DNA of 64,000 nucleotides from a virus (lineage: Duplodnaviria; Heunggongvirae; Uroviricota; Caudoviricetes). The translations under genes and the position numbers were made by a program. The notes under the pieces are model-generated. The model did not search any database. It saw only the letters and a program-made list of their open reading frames with translations, and was not told the origin of the DNA. Position 1 is the first letter of the stretch. Each line of letters starts with the position of its first letter. The stretch spans positions 52,360-116,359 of the IMG/VR virus record IMGVR_UViG_2706795377_000001; one strand, given 5' to 3'. Positions 45,010 through 55,247 of this stretch are shown here, piece after piece.

Positions 45010-47142
45010 TTACACTGTGCAAGAAGCGCACTCGTCTACACCTAAAAGTTTTGTTCTTGTATAATACAGCCCTTTCAAGCCTTTCTTCTGTGCGTAGATA
45101 TAATACTTAACAAGGTCTTCTGTAGTTTGATTGCTATCTACGAATAGAGTTGTTGAAATTCCTTGGTCAACATGTTTTTGAATTGTAGCAACCAAGTCAA
45201 TGTATTTGAACATATTCACTTCATAAGCAGGTGTATAAAAAAACATATTTTCATTTGTCATGTAAGGCATTGGATAATGGGTCACACTATCACCATAAGT
45301 TCTTGTTTCAATCTGTTCTGTAATAGGTGTAATTGAAGCTGTAGCTGATTGAACATAAGAGATTGAGCCTGTAGGAGCAATAGCCATAAGGTATCCATTA
45401 GCCATACCATATTTCTGCACATCCAACATCAACTTTTCCCAATCAGATTTGGTTGGAATGTTGATTCCATCATATAATCTCTGTACTTTAATTGTCTCTG
45501 GATTAAAATCTTTATTAAGATATTGAGGAAATACATTCCCTTCTCTGCCTTTTGCATATTCAGATTCCTCAAATCTAGCAAACTTTATACCAAAGTCTCT
45601 TGCAATTTCCATAGAGCGTTGAATTGCATAATAACGCACCATCATAAAAAAGATGTTAGAAAATTCCAAGGCTTCATCGCTATCATAGAACATTTCATTT
45701 TTTGCGAAATACCCATGAAGATTCATCGCGCCTAGACCCATAGAGCGAATATTGTTATTGCCTTTGGCAACAGTTGGTACACTCTCGATATTCGTTTCAT
45801 TAACAACAACATTTAACGCATTAACAGCTAGCTTAACAGCGTTCTCGATATCTTTATTCTCCATCACATTAACTACGTTCAAAGAACCAAGATTGCAAGA
45901 AATATCGTAACCCCAATTGCTTTTATCATCATACATGTTGTTGGAGATTAGGCTCTGCTTATTAAACTGATAAATTTCATTGCAAAGGTTAGACATGTCG
46001 ATTCGTCCAATATCTTTTAGAGCATGTACCTTGTTTGCATTATCAATAAACATCCAGTATGGGTATCCAGACTGCTGTTGTATTTGTGCAATCTTGGTAA
46101 GCATTAATCTTGGGTCAAGCATATCTTTCTTGATAGCTGGATTGTTGATAAGCTTCTCATACCAGACATTCATATCCATATCATTCAATTCTACTCCAGT
46201 AACCTTCCTAACATTATGAGGGTAAAATACATAATAAGGCTCACCACGCTCTGCTAGCTCAAAGAATTTGTTTGGTGCTACCACTCCAATGGAGAGTGTT
46301 TTCAAACGAACCTTTTCATCTGCATTTACTTTCTTTGTGTCCAAAAAGCGATTAATGTCTGCATGAAAGAGGTTAAGATAAACTACTCCAGAACCATCGC
46401 GTTTCCCGTTTTGGTTATAGTAGCTAAATTTTTCTTCAAGCATCTTTGCAACACCAACAACTCCTCCAGATACGCCCTCCGTACCTTTGATGGACTCTCC
46501 CATTGCTCTAATGCGAGTAAGATTAATCCCAACCCCACCACCTCTGCGACTAAGCTGTGCAGATGAGTTATTTACATATTCAATACCTTCTGTGCTGTCT
46601 GGTGTACTTAATAAAAAGCAAGAAACTTTCTCCCCACCGCGACTTACTCCTGCATTAAGGAATGTTGGCGTAGCAGGTTGATAGTTTTGCTTCATCATAT
46701 TGTCAACTTGACATAACGCCTCCTCAAACATTGCTTGTTGACTTACAGACTCGTAAATCTTTCCTATAAATAAAGCATTCATTGCTACTCTATCTTCATA
46801 ACGTTCTAAAAAATTCGCTTGGTCATCTGTCTTTAATGCGTAGTTATTATAGAACTTAAACGCACTCATGAAGGAGGGGAATCTGAATTTGTAGCTGTAT
46901 GCTCTATTAAATACAGTCTTCAACTGTTCCATTGTATACAAATCAGTCAATCCAGAATCCCAATAGTTGTTCTCTATCATATAATCAAGCTTCTCCTCAA
47001 AGTCATGAAAGAACATTGTATTTTTATTCACAAAATTAATCATATAATCTCGCACTGCTTCTTTATCTTTCTCAAATTGATACAAGCCATCCTTTACAAT
47101 CTTTACCTCGTTGTTAAGTTCAATCCATCTTGCCAAGCTCAT
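45010..47142 (-). CDS. nrdE: Ribonucleotide reductase class Ib alpha subunit (NrdE)
   Basis: About 710 aa. Active-site block SNLCNEI. Appears uninterrupted, with no intron- or intein-sized insertion. Start is probably ATG 47142 (MSLARWIELNNE). Confidence 0.85.
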   Translation of the reverse strand: MSLARWIELNNEVKIVKDGLYQFEKDKEAVRDYMINFVNKNTMFFHDFEEKLDYMIENNYWDSGLTDLYTMEQLKTVFNRAYSYKFRFPSFMSAFKFYNNYALKTDDQANFLERYEDRVAMNALFIGKIYESVSQQAMFEEALCQVDNMMKQNYQPATPTFLNAGVSRGGEKVSCFLLSTPDSTEGIEYVNNSSAQLSRRGGGVGINLTRIRAMGESIKGTEGVSGGVVGVAKMLEEKFSYYNQNGKRDGSGVVYLNLFHADINRFLDTKKVNADEKVRLKTLSIGVVAPNKFFELAERGEPYYVFYPHNVRKVTGVELNDMDMNVWYEKLINNPAIKKDMLDPRLMLTKIAQIQQQSGYPYWMFIDNANKVHALKDIGRIDMSNLCNEIYQFNKQSLISNNMYDDKSNWGYDISCNLGSLNVVNVMENKDIENAVKLAVNALNVVVNETNIESVPTVAKGNNNIRSMGLGAMNLHGYFAKNEMFYDSDEALEFSNIFFMMVRYYAIQRSMEIARDFGIKFARFEESEYAKGREGNVFPQYLNKDFNPETIKVQRLYDGINIPTKSDWEKLMLDVQKYGMANGYLMAIAPTGSISYVQSATASITPITEQIETRTYGDSVTHYPMPYMTNENMFFYTPAYEVNMFKYIDLVATIQKHVDQGISTTLFVDSNQTTEDLVKYYIYAQKKGLKGLYYTRTKLLGVDECASCTV

Positions 47143-47491
47143 GCACCCTTTCCACAAAGTTCTTTACATCACTAGGAAATCCACTATTCTCAAATTTAAT
47201 CAGAAGAGGCACATTATATTTCTCTGAAATTATCTCCCCACTCTTTGCGAATAAGTCAACTCCCCAATTGTTGTTACCACTAGAAGCAACTGCAACAAGG
47301 CTCTCATGATTTTCATTCAAAAATTTTTCTACATCTTTTGGCACTAGCCCGAATCCATGTGTAGGAGTCACTAAGACAAACTTCTCTTGAATGGCAGGGT
47401 TATCCAAAATATTTATACATCTGAATTGATTTGAAATCTTATCAACAAATCTCTTTACATTGCCTGTCTTAGAATAGTAGGCTATCAGCAT
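47120..47491 (-). CDS. nrdI: NrdI flavodoxin-like protein
   Basis: MLIAYYSKTGNVKRFV matches the NrdI N-terminus. Overlaps the nrdE start. Confidence 0.7.
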   Translation of the reverse strand: MLIAYYSKTGNVKRFVDKISNQFRCINILDNPAIQEKFVLVTPTHGFGLVPKDVEKFLNENHESLVAVASSGNNNWGVDLFAKSGEIISEKYNVPLLIKFENSGFPSDVKNFVERVHELGKMD

Positions 47492-47495
47492 ACAA

Positions 47496-49241
47496 TCACT
47501 CCACAATCTTGAAGTCCTCGATAAAGACCTGTTTTGTAATCACCCATCTCTGCAATCCTCCATTATAGAATCGGTTAAGGTTCAAACTACCAACAACCTC
47601 TAGTTCGGTTACAAAATTACTTTCGTCATTGAAGTGTTGTTCAATTTCGATTCCATAACTTTCGTGCGACCTAAATCTCATCAACGCAAAGCTGTTTTCG
47701 CAATTGATTTTGATAGTGTCATTATTACCACCCATTACTGCTCTTACATGATTCCCTAATTTTTTTGTGTAAGCTTCTTCTACAACCAATCCTCGTATGA
47801 GGAATTTAGGCTCTGGAAAGCCTTGACCAACAATTTTTGAAAACTTTTCTACTTCTTTAATATCTAATTCTTCAATATCACTTGCGTCAAGTTCCAAGTC
47901 GTACTCGATTACTTTCTGGAGGTCTGTACTATCTAAAGTGCTATTGAAGTAAGAAATTATCTTTTGTAGGTTTTCCTCTGGAAATTCAACGCCAAAAGCC
48001 CCTTCGTGACCTTGTGCAAAGTTAAATAGTCCAGAGTCTTCGCAAAGAGATTGCAAGGGAATTACGCCAACACTTCGACCACTTCCCATGTACACTCCCT
48101 TTTCCTTATTGTGATAAAGGATGAATGTTGGTTTACTATACTCTTCTACAATACCTTGTGCTACGAGTCCTCTGTAACCAGAACCAATATCATCCTTCAC
48201 ATAGATAATTACATTATTTGTGTTTAGATTTTCTGATTCAATACTTTTTTTAGCTTCTTCAACAAAAATCTTTAGTCCTCTTTTACGTTCCTCATTTATC
48301 TCAATCATTTGTTCTGTTAATTCATAAATACGAATTTTATCCTCAGTAGTCAAACATTCAAGAGCCAACTCAATCTTATCTAAACGAGAACACGCACCGA
48401 CGATAGGAGCGATTTTAAAACTAATATCTGTTGACTTGATGCCATTCGCATAATCCATCTTGCTTTGCTTTAAAATCTCCTTGACTCCTAAATTAACGAT
48501 ATGATTTAATCCATTGTAGATTAGGAACCTATTCTCCATGACCTTAATGTCCATCAAATCACCAACCAGACCAATTGCTGTCAAGTCAAGGAAGTTGTCA
48601 GCCATTTCAATACCTAAGTATTCATCCAGCACCTGACATACCTTGTAGCACATTGCGCTACCAGAAAGGTACTTGTTTGGATAATCACCCATCTGGCAAT
48701 TAACTAAAATCGCGTATGGATTTGGTTTGCTAATTTTGTGATGGTCAATGATTACTACCTTAATTCCTCTCTCTTGCAACTCTTTACACTCATCAGTAGA
48801 GTTAGAAGATGAATCAACTATAATAACCAATTGAACGTCATCTCCTATCTGGTCGAGAACAGTTTCAACGCCATGACCTTTACTGCGTTGTGAATGAATG
48901 TACTGAATATTATTTGTCAGCACTTTTAGATAGTTGTACATGATAGCTGTTGAGCAGACACCATCTGTATCAATATCAGCTACAATACGAATAACTTCTC
49001 CTTTATGTACTGCCTTAATAATTGTATTTACTGCTTCATCAATATTAAGTAATCTATAAGGAGAATTAAGATTATTAGAATGTGGGTTCATCCACTCCTT
49101 AACATTTTTAATTCCTCTTACCTTTGCCAACTTTTCGATGATAAGTGCATCATCATTTATCTTGACGTTGTTCCTCTTTATCCATTTCAATAACAGCATC
49201 CCCCTTGTTAAGCTCTTCTTTAAATATGTCAATCTTGTCAT
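47496..49241 (-). CDS. DHH-family phosphoesterase (RecJ-like ssDNA exonuclease)
   Basis: 581 aa. DHH motifs IVADIDTDGVCS and VVIIDHHK, with a DHHA1-like C-terminal region. Start is uncertain (alternative ATG at 49199). Confidence 0.6.
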   Translation of the reverse strand: MTRLTYLKKSLTRGMLLLKWIKRNNVKINDDALIIEKLAKVRGIKNVKEWMNPHSNNLNSPYRLLNIDEAVNTIIKAVHKGEVIRIVADIDTDGVCSTAIMYNYLKVLTNNIQYIHSQRSKGHGVETVLDQIGDDVQLVIIVDSSSNSTDECKELQERGIKVVIIDHHKISKPNPYAILVNCQMGDYPNKYLSGSAMCYKVCQVLDEYLGIEMADNFLDLTAIGLVGDLMDIKVMENRFLIYNGLNHIVNLGVKEILKQSKMDYANGIKSTDISFKIAPIVGACSRLDKIELALECLTTEDKIRIYELTEQMIEINEERKRGLKIFVEEAKKSIESENLNTNNVIIYVKDDIGSGYRGLVAQGIVEEYSKPTFILYHNKEKGVYMGSGRSVGVIPLQSLCEDSGLFNFAQGHEGAFGVEFPEENLQKIISYFNSTLDSTDLQKVIEYDLELDASDIEELDIKEVEKFSKIVGQGFPEPKFLIRGLVVEEAYTKKLGNHVRAVMGGNNDTIKINCENSFALMRFRSHESYGIEIEQHFNDESNFVTELEVVGSLNLNRFYNGGLQRWVITKQVFIEDFKIVE

Positions 49242-49590
49242 TCATATCTTTTTCTACAATCTCAGCAAACTTCATCAATCCTGCCATTGTTATAAATTGC
49301 TTATCATTTATTTGTCTCTCAAAGTCAGAGACAATTTCATTTACTTGATTAATAGTATCTTCTGTAATCTCTTTAGAGAGCATTAGCTTGCGATAAAAAC
49401 GTTCAGCAAGAACCGAAGCCACATATACCATAAATAAACAAAGCGTTATAATGAAATTGTACTGTCCAAAGTCTTGAAAAACAGATAAGACTGTTAAACC
49501 AAAAAACAAATCAGGAACAAAATATGTCAGTTCTTCGAGAATCTTTAAACCCTTAGAGAGCCATTCATTCACATTATTCACCTGTTTCAT
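49153..49590 (-). CDS. Membrane protein, hypothetical
   Basis: 145 aa with two TM helices. Its 3' end overlaps the annotated DHH start. Confidence 0.35.
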   Translation of the reverse strand: MKQVNNVNEWLSKGLKILEELTYFVPDLFFGLTVLSVFQDFGQYNFIITLCLFMVYVASVLAERFYRKLMLSKEITEDTINQVNEIVSDFERQINDKQFITMAGLMKFAEIVEKDMNDKIDIFKEELNKGDAVIEMDKEEQRQDK

Positions 49591-49849
49591 TGCTATTTTC
49601 TTCTAAAAACTCAGCCATCCTCACCAATTCTTTTGCCAACTCTTTGGCTTCCGAGATAGTCAAGGCGAAGTTTGTAAATTTATAACTTGAAAATATTTCG
49701 CTTTGAATTTCAACCAATATTGGTCTTTTCATTCCAATAGCGTTATCCAGATAATTTTCCTTATCCTTGCCATGATTAGACTTCAAGACAAGTAGAACAC
49801 CTGTGTCATCTTTTGTTTTGTAACCATATTTTCTTGACATTTGAATCAC
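49574..49849 (-). CDS. Hypothetical protein
   Basis: 91 aa ORF. Confidence 0.35.
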   Translation of the reverse strand: MIQMSRKYGYKTKDDTGVLLVLKSNHGKDKENYLDNAIGMKRPILVEIQSEIFSSYKFTNFALTISEAKELAKELVRMAEFLEENSNETGE

Positions 49850-49867
49850 TCCAAATCTTATTAATAA

Positions 49868-50155
49868 TTATTCTACAAGCTTGTACGTTGCTTCAAAAAT
49901 GTCTGGTTTGCAAGGATAAAATTCACCATTTACCCCTTTAATAATGTAATCATCAGGACTTGCTACCATGTCACCTTCTAATGTACGGATGACAATACCG
50001 CCTTTGTTTTCACCTTTTACAAGTAACTCATAGTAGGTATCTGACTCAGACCATCTCAAAAAATCACATACTTCTTTTGTTAATCCTTCAATTCCGCCAC
50101 TAAAACGAACAGCTTCAATTACTACTGGTTTCTTTCGATATTTAGCCATTAACAA
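49868..50155 (-). CDS. Hypothetical protein
   Basis: 95 aa ORF. Confidence 0.35.
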   Translation of the reverse strand: MLMAKYRKKPVVIEAVRFSGGIEGLTKEVCDFLRWSESDTYYELLVKGENKGGIVIRTLEGDMVASPDDYIIKGVNGEFYPCKPDIFEATYKLVE

Positions 50156-50164
50156 ACCTCCTAA

Positions 50165-50794
50165 TTAATAAGTAAATCTGTGACTACCAATATCAACAGC
50201 CTTCTTTCTTGTATCAAGCCATCTACTAGTTGCAATCTTCGGATTATAGAAAAACATTACGTCTTTATTAATAACCCTTTCGCCTTTGAGAGCTTTCTTA
50301 GCTGATTTGACTGCTTCCTCTGTAGGTTCCTTATAAATGCTCTTATCTTTAACAGAGGAAAATTGCCTCTTCTGGAATACCACTTCCTTAATGCTGTCAG
50401 GATATTTATCACTCTCTACCCTATTCAAAACTACATTGGCTACAGCAATTTGACCTTTTGCAGACTCGCCTTTAGCTTCTGATGAAACCACCCTTGAAAG
50501 CCAGTAGATATCTTCGTCAGTATAGCTTTTCGATTCTCTCATTTTCTCTTCTTGTTTTGATTCTTCATTAGGTTCTTGAATAGAAGCCGCAACGACTTGT
50601 GCTTTCTGCACTTTTTCCATCATTTTTTCAGCATAAAGCTTGCTATAATCAACAATCTCTTGTGGTAGTGCATACTGTTCTTCCTTTTTTTCTGGGATTG
50701 TTTTACTAGTTGCTGGAACACCTACCAAAATCATTGCAGAAGCAATTGTTGTAATCAAACGACCAATAGGCATTCCTTGTACAGTCTTTTCCAC
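50165..50794 (-). CDS. SleB/CwlJ-family cell wall hydrolase domain protein with N-terminal membrane anchor
   Basis: 209 aa. C-terminal DEDIYWLSRVVSSEAKGESAKGQIAVANVVLNRVESDKYPDSIKEVVFQKRQFS matches the Hydrolase_2 (SleB) domain. Confidence 0.55.
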   Translation of the reverse strand: MEKTVQGMPIGRLITTIASAMILVGVPATSKTIPEKKEEQYALPQEIVDYSKLYAEKMMEKVQKAQVVAASIQEPNEESKQEEKMRESKSYTDEDIYWLSRVVSSEAKGESAKGQIAVANVVLNRVESDKYPDSIKEVVFQKRQFSSVKDKSIYKEPTEEAVKSAKKALKGERVINKDVMFFYNPKIATSRWLDTRKKAVDIGSHRFTY

Positions 50795-51846
50795 GATATC
50801 TCTCCTTTATCTACTGGTGCATCTTTCTCTCCTAGTAGTCCAAGTTTGTCTTTGATGTAGAAGCACTTCCGAGTTTTGATTTGCTTAGATTGCTTCTTTG
50901 AATGCTCTTCCTCCATGTCATTGTCAAAGGCAAATATTATATTCGCTTCAAGTTTTTTTAGCATAAATGCTTGTATTGGTGAAATCTCTGACCCCGAAAT
51001 TGCTACTGTATTTTTACAGCCATACTGCCAAGCCTTCATACACGATTTTTCCGATTCAAACACAATAACCTCACCAGTTTGTTTGATATAGGGCAAAGCC
51101 TTGTACAGATTGAACAATTCGATTGACTTGTCAAAACTGTACAAGTAGAGATACTTGATTTCGTCCATTATCCATTCATCCTTGCCAACATATCTTCCCT
51201 TAATGGACACTAACTCACCATCAGCGTTGTAAATTGGGAAAACAATTCGTTGAGTGTCATCATCAAACATGACTTCAAACTCTATTTGAGTCCTTATACT
51301 AATCCCATCTAAAAGAAAGTTTTCATGCGGATATCTCCTGTACCAACTGAACACTTGCTCCTTATTTAAGATGTGATTTTCCTTACTTCGCATGTTCTGC
51401 ATTCGCTTACGCTGTTTGCGACTTTTTTGTATGCCTCTCAGGAATTTAAGATAGTCTTTTCTCTCAACTCTCTCTTCAAAGTCATCCCTATGTTCGAGGT
51501 ACTTATCCCAACCTAATACGTTGCAAACCCATGCTTTGACTTGGTGCAGATGCTCTTTCAATTCTTCGAAATCAGTCACTTCGTACAGGATGTACCCAAC
51601 TAACATGAAGATATCGCCTGAAATGCCTTTATTTCTGACTTTAGAAGGGAGTGAGGGGAGTTCGTAAACCTGCACTCCTCTCCTGTTATTACTCCCAAAT
51701 TTATAAGGCAATTGCGCCTCCCATCTGTTCCCTATTTGCCTGATGTATTCACATTCTAGCTCTTCAAGGATTTTTTCTATCAGATTTTCGTCGTAGATTC
51801 TCTCCTTGATTACAGGCAAGTCATTTTCATACATGAACATCACCAC
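50755..51846 (-). CDS. Toprim-domain DNA primase (DnaG catalytic core-like)
   Basis: 363 aa. C-terminal VIVFESEKSCMKAW...AISGSEI...IIFAFDNDMEEE carries the Toprim E...DxD signature. No zinc finger. Confidence 0.45.
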   Translation of the reverse strand: MVMFMYENDLPVIKERIYDENLIEKILEELECEYIRQIGNRWEAQLPYKFGSNNRRGVQVYELPSLPSKVRNKGISGDIFMLVGYILYEVTDFEELKEHLHQVKAWVCNVLGWDKYLEHRDDFEERVERKDYLKFLRGIQKSRKQRKRMQNMRSKENHILNKEQVFSWYRRYPHENFLLDGISIRTQIEFEVMFDDDTQRIVFPIYNADGELVSIKGRYVGKDEWIMDEIKYLYLYSFDKSIELFNLYKALPYIKQTGEVIVFESEKSCMKAWQYGCKNTVAISGSEISPIQAFMLKKLEANIIFAFDNDMEEEHSKKQSKQIKTRKCFYIKDKLGLLGEKDAPVDKGEISWKRLYKECLLVV

Positions 51847-51861
51847 TACTTTATTAAGCTT

Positions 51862-52380
51862 TTAAACTGTGACATGTTTCCATCTTTTCCCTCTCTTGAT
51901 GAGAGAAACATGTTTATGAGATATGCCAAATATGTTCGCCACATCAATGTTCTTTACTCCATTTTTTAGAAGTGTTTTTATTTGTTTCACAACATCTTCA
52001 TCAAGAATCGCCATTGAGTTTTTGCTTCCCAAATTAGAATCAAGACCTAATCTAAACTTGTGTTTTTGATTTTCCTCTACAGTGACAAGTTCAAGATTGT
52101 CTTTCCTATTGTCTGTCTTGATGCCATTCTTGTGATTTACGTCAAGCTCTTCTGATAAACTATCTAATCCATAATAGACAGCATATAGTAATCTGTGTTG
52201 ATAAGCTATATATCTCTTTCTATTGACTGTGACTCCTATTTGCAGATATCCTGTTTTATGTTTTGCGTTTGCTTTCTTCCCGTTTGAATAGTGTATAACT
52301 CCACTTTCTTCATCCACAATTAGGTTGCCATTTTTGATAGCTTCGATAAAATGAACTAACTTGCTATCATTCGGTTTCAC
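51862..52380 (-). CDS. HNH homing endonuclease with C-terminal HTH DNA-binding module
   Basis: 172 aa. GYLQIGV...HRLLY...VNHKNGIKTDNRKDNLELVT is an HNH_3 signature. It is inserted between the helicase and primase genes. Confidence 0.65.
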   Translation of the reverse strand: MKPNDSKLVHFIEAIKNGNLIVDEESGVIHYSNGKKANAKHKTGYLQIGVTVNRKRYIAYQHRLLYAVYYGLDSLSEELDVNHKNGIKTDNRKDNLELVTVEENQKHKFRLGLDSNLGSKNSMAILDEDVVKQIKTLLKNGVKNIDVANIFGISHKHVSLIKRGKRWKHVTV

Positions 52381-52394
52381 CTATAACCACCTAC

Positions 52395-53987
52395 CTAAAA
52401 ATCATCTCTATGAACTGTCTTACACCAACCAACCTCTTTCCATCTGTTACTGTTAAAATCAACCTCCATAACCAAAACATCAAGACCAGTAAGGTTTGTC
52501 ATTCCGCGACGATTCTTGCTTGTAAACAGCAGATAATAAACCCTGCCATGTTCAAGCCTAATTTTTTTCTTCATCATCGTTGTGCCATCTTCGGTCTGGA
52601 ATGATTCTATTTCGTTGTCACCTTTATCATCTTGATTGAACATATCTTCGCTTTTTGGCATCCAGTTAAATACTTCAAGCTCTCTTGTACCATCCTTGTA
52701 TTCTTGCGGAAACACAGGGCGAAGATGCCACACCAAATCTGCAACGTTCTTGATTTTCTTACCATCGGCTAGACATTGTTCATTGAGCCAATGCTTACCA
52801 ACGTAGTTGTCTGCTTGTTGAACAGTTGCAAACATAGCGAGATTAAGCCCCCCAGCATCTTTACGAGCCAATTTGTACAATCTATCAAAATCCTCGACAA
52901 ACTGAACCCAACGGTCTTTCTTGCCTCCACCCTCAGAAGGCTTTGCTGTATCGACAATGACCCTGCGATAACCTCTGCGAGCAAACTTTTTGACAACTTT
53001 CTCAACGTTGTCCATTGTATATTCTTCAAGTGGAACAAGCTTAATAAGACTCTCATGACCTTCAACATCTTTAATCCATTGGACAGCCATTATCAGCTTT
53101 TCTTTTTCCTCTAGGGTAAAGTTACCCTTATTGATTGATTTGCGATTGAATTTCGGTTTAGTGAAATAGTCTTTGAATTTCTCATATAGCTCTGTTCCCA
53201 TGATAGTAATAAGCATCATTTTCCTGTACTGTGCCAAATCCATCTCATTCGCAATTACAAGTAATTTTTCTTTTTCAATAATGCAGGACATAAAAAGCTT
53301 TTCGATGATGAAACTTGACTTACCATTACCAGAGAATGCACCAATGATGCTGAGTGTGCCGTAAGCCCATCCATTGATAATGTCTGTCAGCTTTTTTCCT
53401 CTATAAAATGGCATGCCCAAGTCAGGGTTGATATCCAATTCTTCGATGAATTTATCGAGGTCAGCCAAGAGATTGTAGGCTACGATTGACGTTTCGTTAT
53501 GCTCAATATCTATGTTGTTGAGTTTGTCGTTCCAATACATAGCTATCTGATTTCGTGTTAATTCCTTGTAATTGTAGTTGTTGTTTACTTCCAGAACCTT
53601 ATCAGAAAAAAGTTTGTGGTACTCTCTCAAAAGAGCATATTTCTTGACCTCTTCGTAGTAACCCTCAAAGTTGTCACTCATCTCTTTGGTTTCTTCCATC
53701 AATTCTTCGATGATTGTATAACCGCCATATTTCTCAAATTTCTCATTCAACTTCAAGGCAGTTATAGCTTCTTGCACTGAGATGTCATCAAAATGCACGA
53801 TGTTCTTCTTGAACATATGTCTACCTAAACCCAAATAAAATGCCCAAATGGGATTGCCCATTGTTTTCTTATTGAGCTTTTCTTCATTAAACATATCTAG
53901 TAAATCTGGATTATTCCAGATGATACCAACAAGAATAGCTTCCTTGTTATAGGATTCCGTATTTAGTTGTTTTATGCTCAAAACCAA
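52395..53987 (-). CDS. Replicative DNA helicase (DnaB-like)
   Basis: 530 aa. DnaB-like N-terminus (EAILVGIIWNNPDLL) and Walker A IGAFSGNGKSSFII. Confidence 0.6.
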   Translation of the reverse strand: MVLSIKQLNTESYNKEAILVGIIWNNPDLLDMFNEEKLNKKTMGNPIWAFYLGLGRHMFKKNIVHFDDISVQEAITALKLNEKFEKYGGYTIIEELMEETKEMSDNFEGYYEEVKKYALLREYHKLFSDKVLEVNNNYNYKELTRNQIAMYWNDKLNNIDIEHNETSIVAYNLLADLDKFIEELDINPDLGMPFYRGKKLTDIINGWAYGTLSIIGAFSGNGKSSFIIEKLFMSCIIEKEKLLVIANEMDLAQYRKMMLITIMGTELYEKFKDYFTKPKFNRKSINKGNFTLEEKEKLIMAVQWIKDVEGHESLIKLVPLEEYTMDNVEKVVKKFARRGYRRVIVDTAKPSEGGGKKDRWVQFVEDFDRLYKLARKDAGGLNLAMFATVQQADNYVGKHWLNEQCLADGKKIKNVADLVWHLRPVFPQEYKDGTRELEVFNWMPKSEDMFNQDDKGDNEIESFQTEDGTTMMKKKIRLEHGRVYYLLFTSKNRRGMTNLTGLDVLVMEVDFNSNRWKEVGWCKTVHRDDF

Positions 53988-53995
53988 TCATCTCC

Positions 53996-54619
53996 TTAAT
54001 CATCCCCAAGAAGAAAGGTTAAATCATCTCCGTTGGATTTTTTCTTATAAACTACCTCCCTATCATCAGCCATCATTTCGACTTGCTGTTGTTCGATAGC
54101 TGTAGCTATTTTAGTTTGCTGTTCTTTTGCTTTGAGTCGTTTATACGCATCGTTTACTTTATTAAGCATAATCATGATGCCATAATTCAACTCACCATCG
54201 AGAGTTTTGAAATTTTTGTTGAGCCTAGCCCATTCGATATCTGCTTTTGACATACGATAGGCTTCTGCCATAACGCTAAAGGGAATACCTTTTTTATATT
54301 TCTTCTTCCACTTCCTTTCATATCTATTTGTCCCTTCTCGTAAATCAGAAACATATTCCCAAAACCTTGGAGGTAGTTGATATTGAACGTTATAAAGCTT
54401 TTTAACTACTTCGTTCATTTCATCTTTCTCTTCTCTTTCCTTCTCCAAGAAAGCTTCGTACTTAACATGCTTCGTATAACATTCTGGATGGAAGTATAAA
54501 TTCTGTTTTTTCCCCGTAGATTCAGATACCTTGACTTCGTGAGCCAAGGTATCCTTTAGTGAATTAGGGATTTGTTTGGATTCACAAAACTTATACTTGC
54601 AGACAAGATATCGACCCAA
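53996..54619 (-). CDS. Hypothetical protein with N-terminal Cys/His cluster
   Basis: 207 aa. TTG start with RBS AAGGAGAG directly after the conserved element. Confidence 0.4.
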   Translation of the reverse strand: MGRYLVCKYKFCESKQIPNSLKDTLAHEVKVSESTGKKQNLYFHPECYTKHVKYEAFLEKEREEKDEMNEVVKKLYNVQYQLPPRFWEYVSDLREGTNRYERKWKKKYKKGIPFSVMAEAYRMSKADIEWARLNKNFKTLDGELNYGIMIMLNKVNDAYKRLKAKEQQTKIATAIEQQQVEMMADDREVVYKKKSNGDDLTFLLGDD

Positions 54620-54631
54620 ACCAATCTCTCC

Positions 54632-54653
54632 TTAATACTTTATTTGGCTTTTG
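54632..54653 (-). repeat. Conserved element copy 13
   Basis: Plus-strand TTAATACTTTATTTGGCTTTTG. Abuts RBS AAGGAGAG. Confidence 0.6.
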
Positions 54654-55176
54654 ATGAAATGATTCTAATAACATCCTTAATTGCGCTATCAATCTCTTCG
54701 TTGACAACAATATAGTCAGAAATCTCTTCTACGTCAGCGAAATCGCTTCGGTCAGTATAAAAACGTCTGATAATTTCATCTACCTCGTCACCACGTTTCA
54801 ATTGACGTTTCATGCGCTCACGCGCATCGACCTTAATATGAATTGCTTTAACGTTTTCCTTACCTACGATTCTCAACAACTCTTTATAGCCATGCACAGT
54901 TACAACAACGATGTATATGTTGTCTCTGTAATCCAGACCATCTAAGCTAAGACCATACCACCAATCACGATATTGAGCCGTCTCTGCAAAGAATCCTTTG
55001 TTTTTTAGCTCATGGAATGTTTGGCAATCTATAAAGTGATAATCTACCCCATTCGTTTCACCCTTTCGAAGAGGACGAGTTGTATAACTAATAATACGAG
55101 GGAATCCCATTTCTTCGAGATTGCGTTCGATTGTAGATTTACCACTAGCGCTTTGACCAATAAGGCAATATATCAA
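54640..55176 (-). CDS. gmk: Guanylate kinase
   Basis: 178 aa. GQSASGKST P-loop and SYTTRPLRKGETNGVDYHFI guanylate-kinase signature. Confidence 0.7.
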   Translation of the reverse strand: MIYCLIGQSASGKSTIERNLEEMGFPRIISYTTRPLRKGETNGVDYHFIDCQTFHELKNKGFFAETAQYRDWWYGLSLDGLDYRDNIYIVVVTVHGYKELLRIVGKENVKAIHIKVDARERMKRQLKRGDEVDEIIRRFYTDRSDFADVEEISDYIVVNEEIDSAIKDVIRIISSKAK

Positions 55177-55220
55177 TACACAGCACCTTCTTTCTTTATT
55201 ATATAATTCAATGTTTTATT

Positions 55221-55247
55221 AGTCAATACTTTATTTGGCTTTAGTAG
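55221..55247 (-). repeat. Conserved element copy 14
   Basis: Plus-strand AGTCAATACTTTATTTGGCTTTAGTAG. Lies upstream of gmk. Confidence 0.6.
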
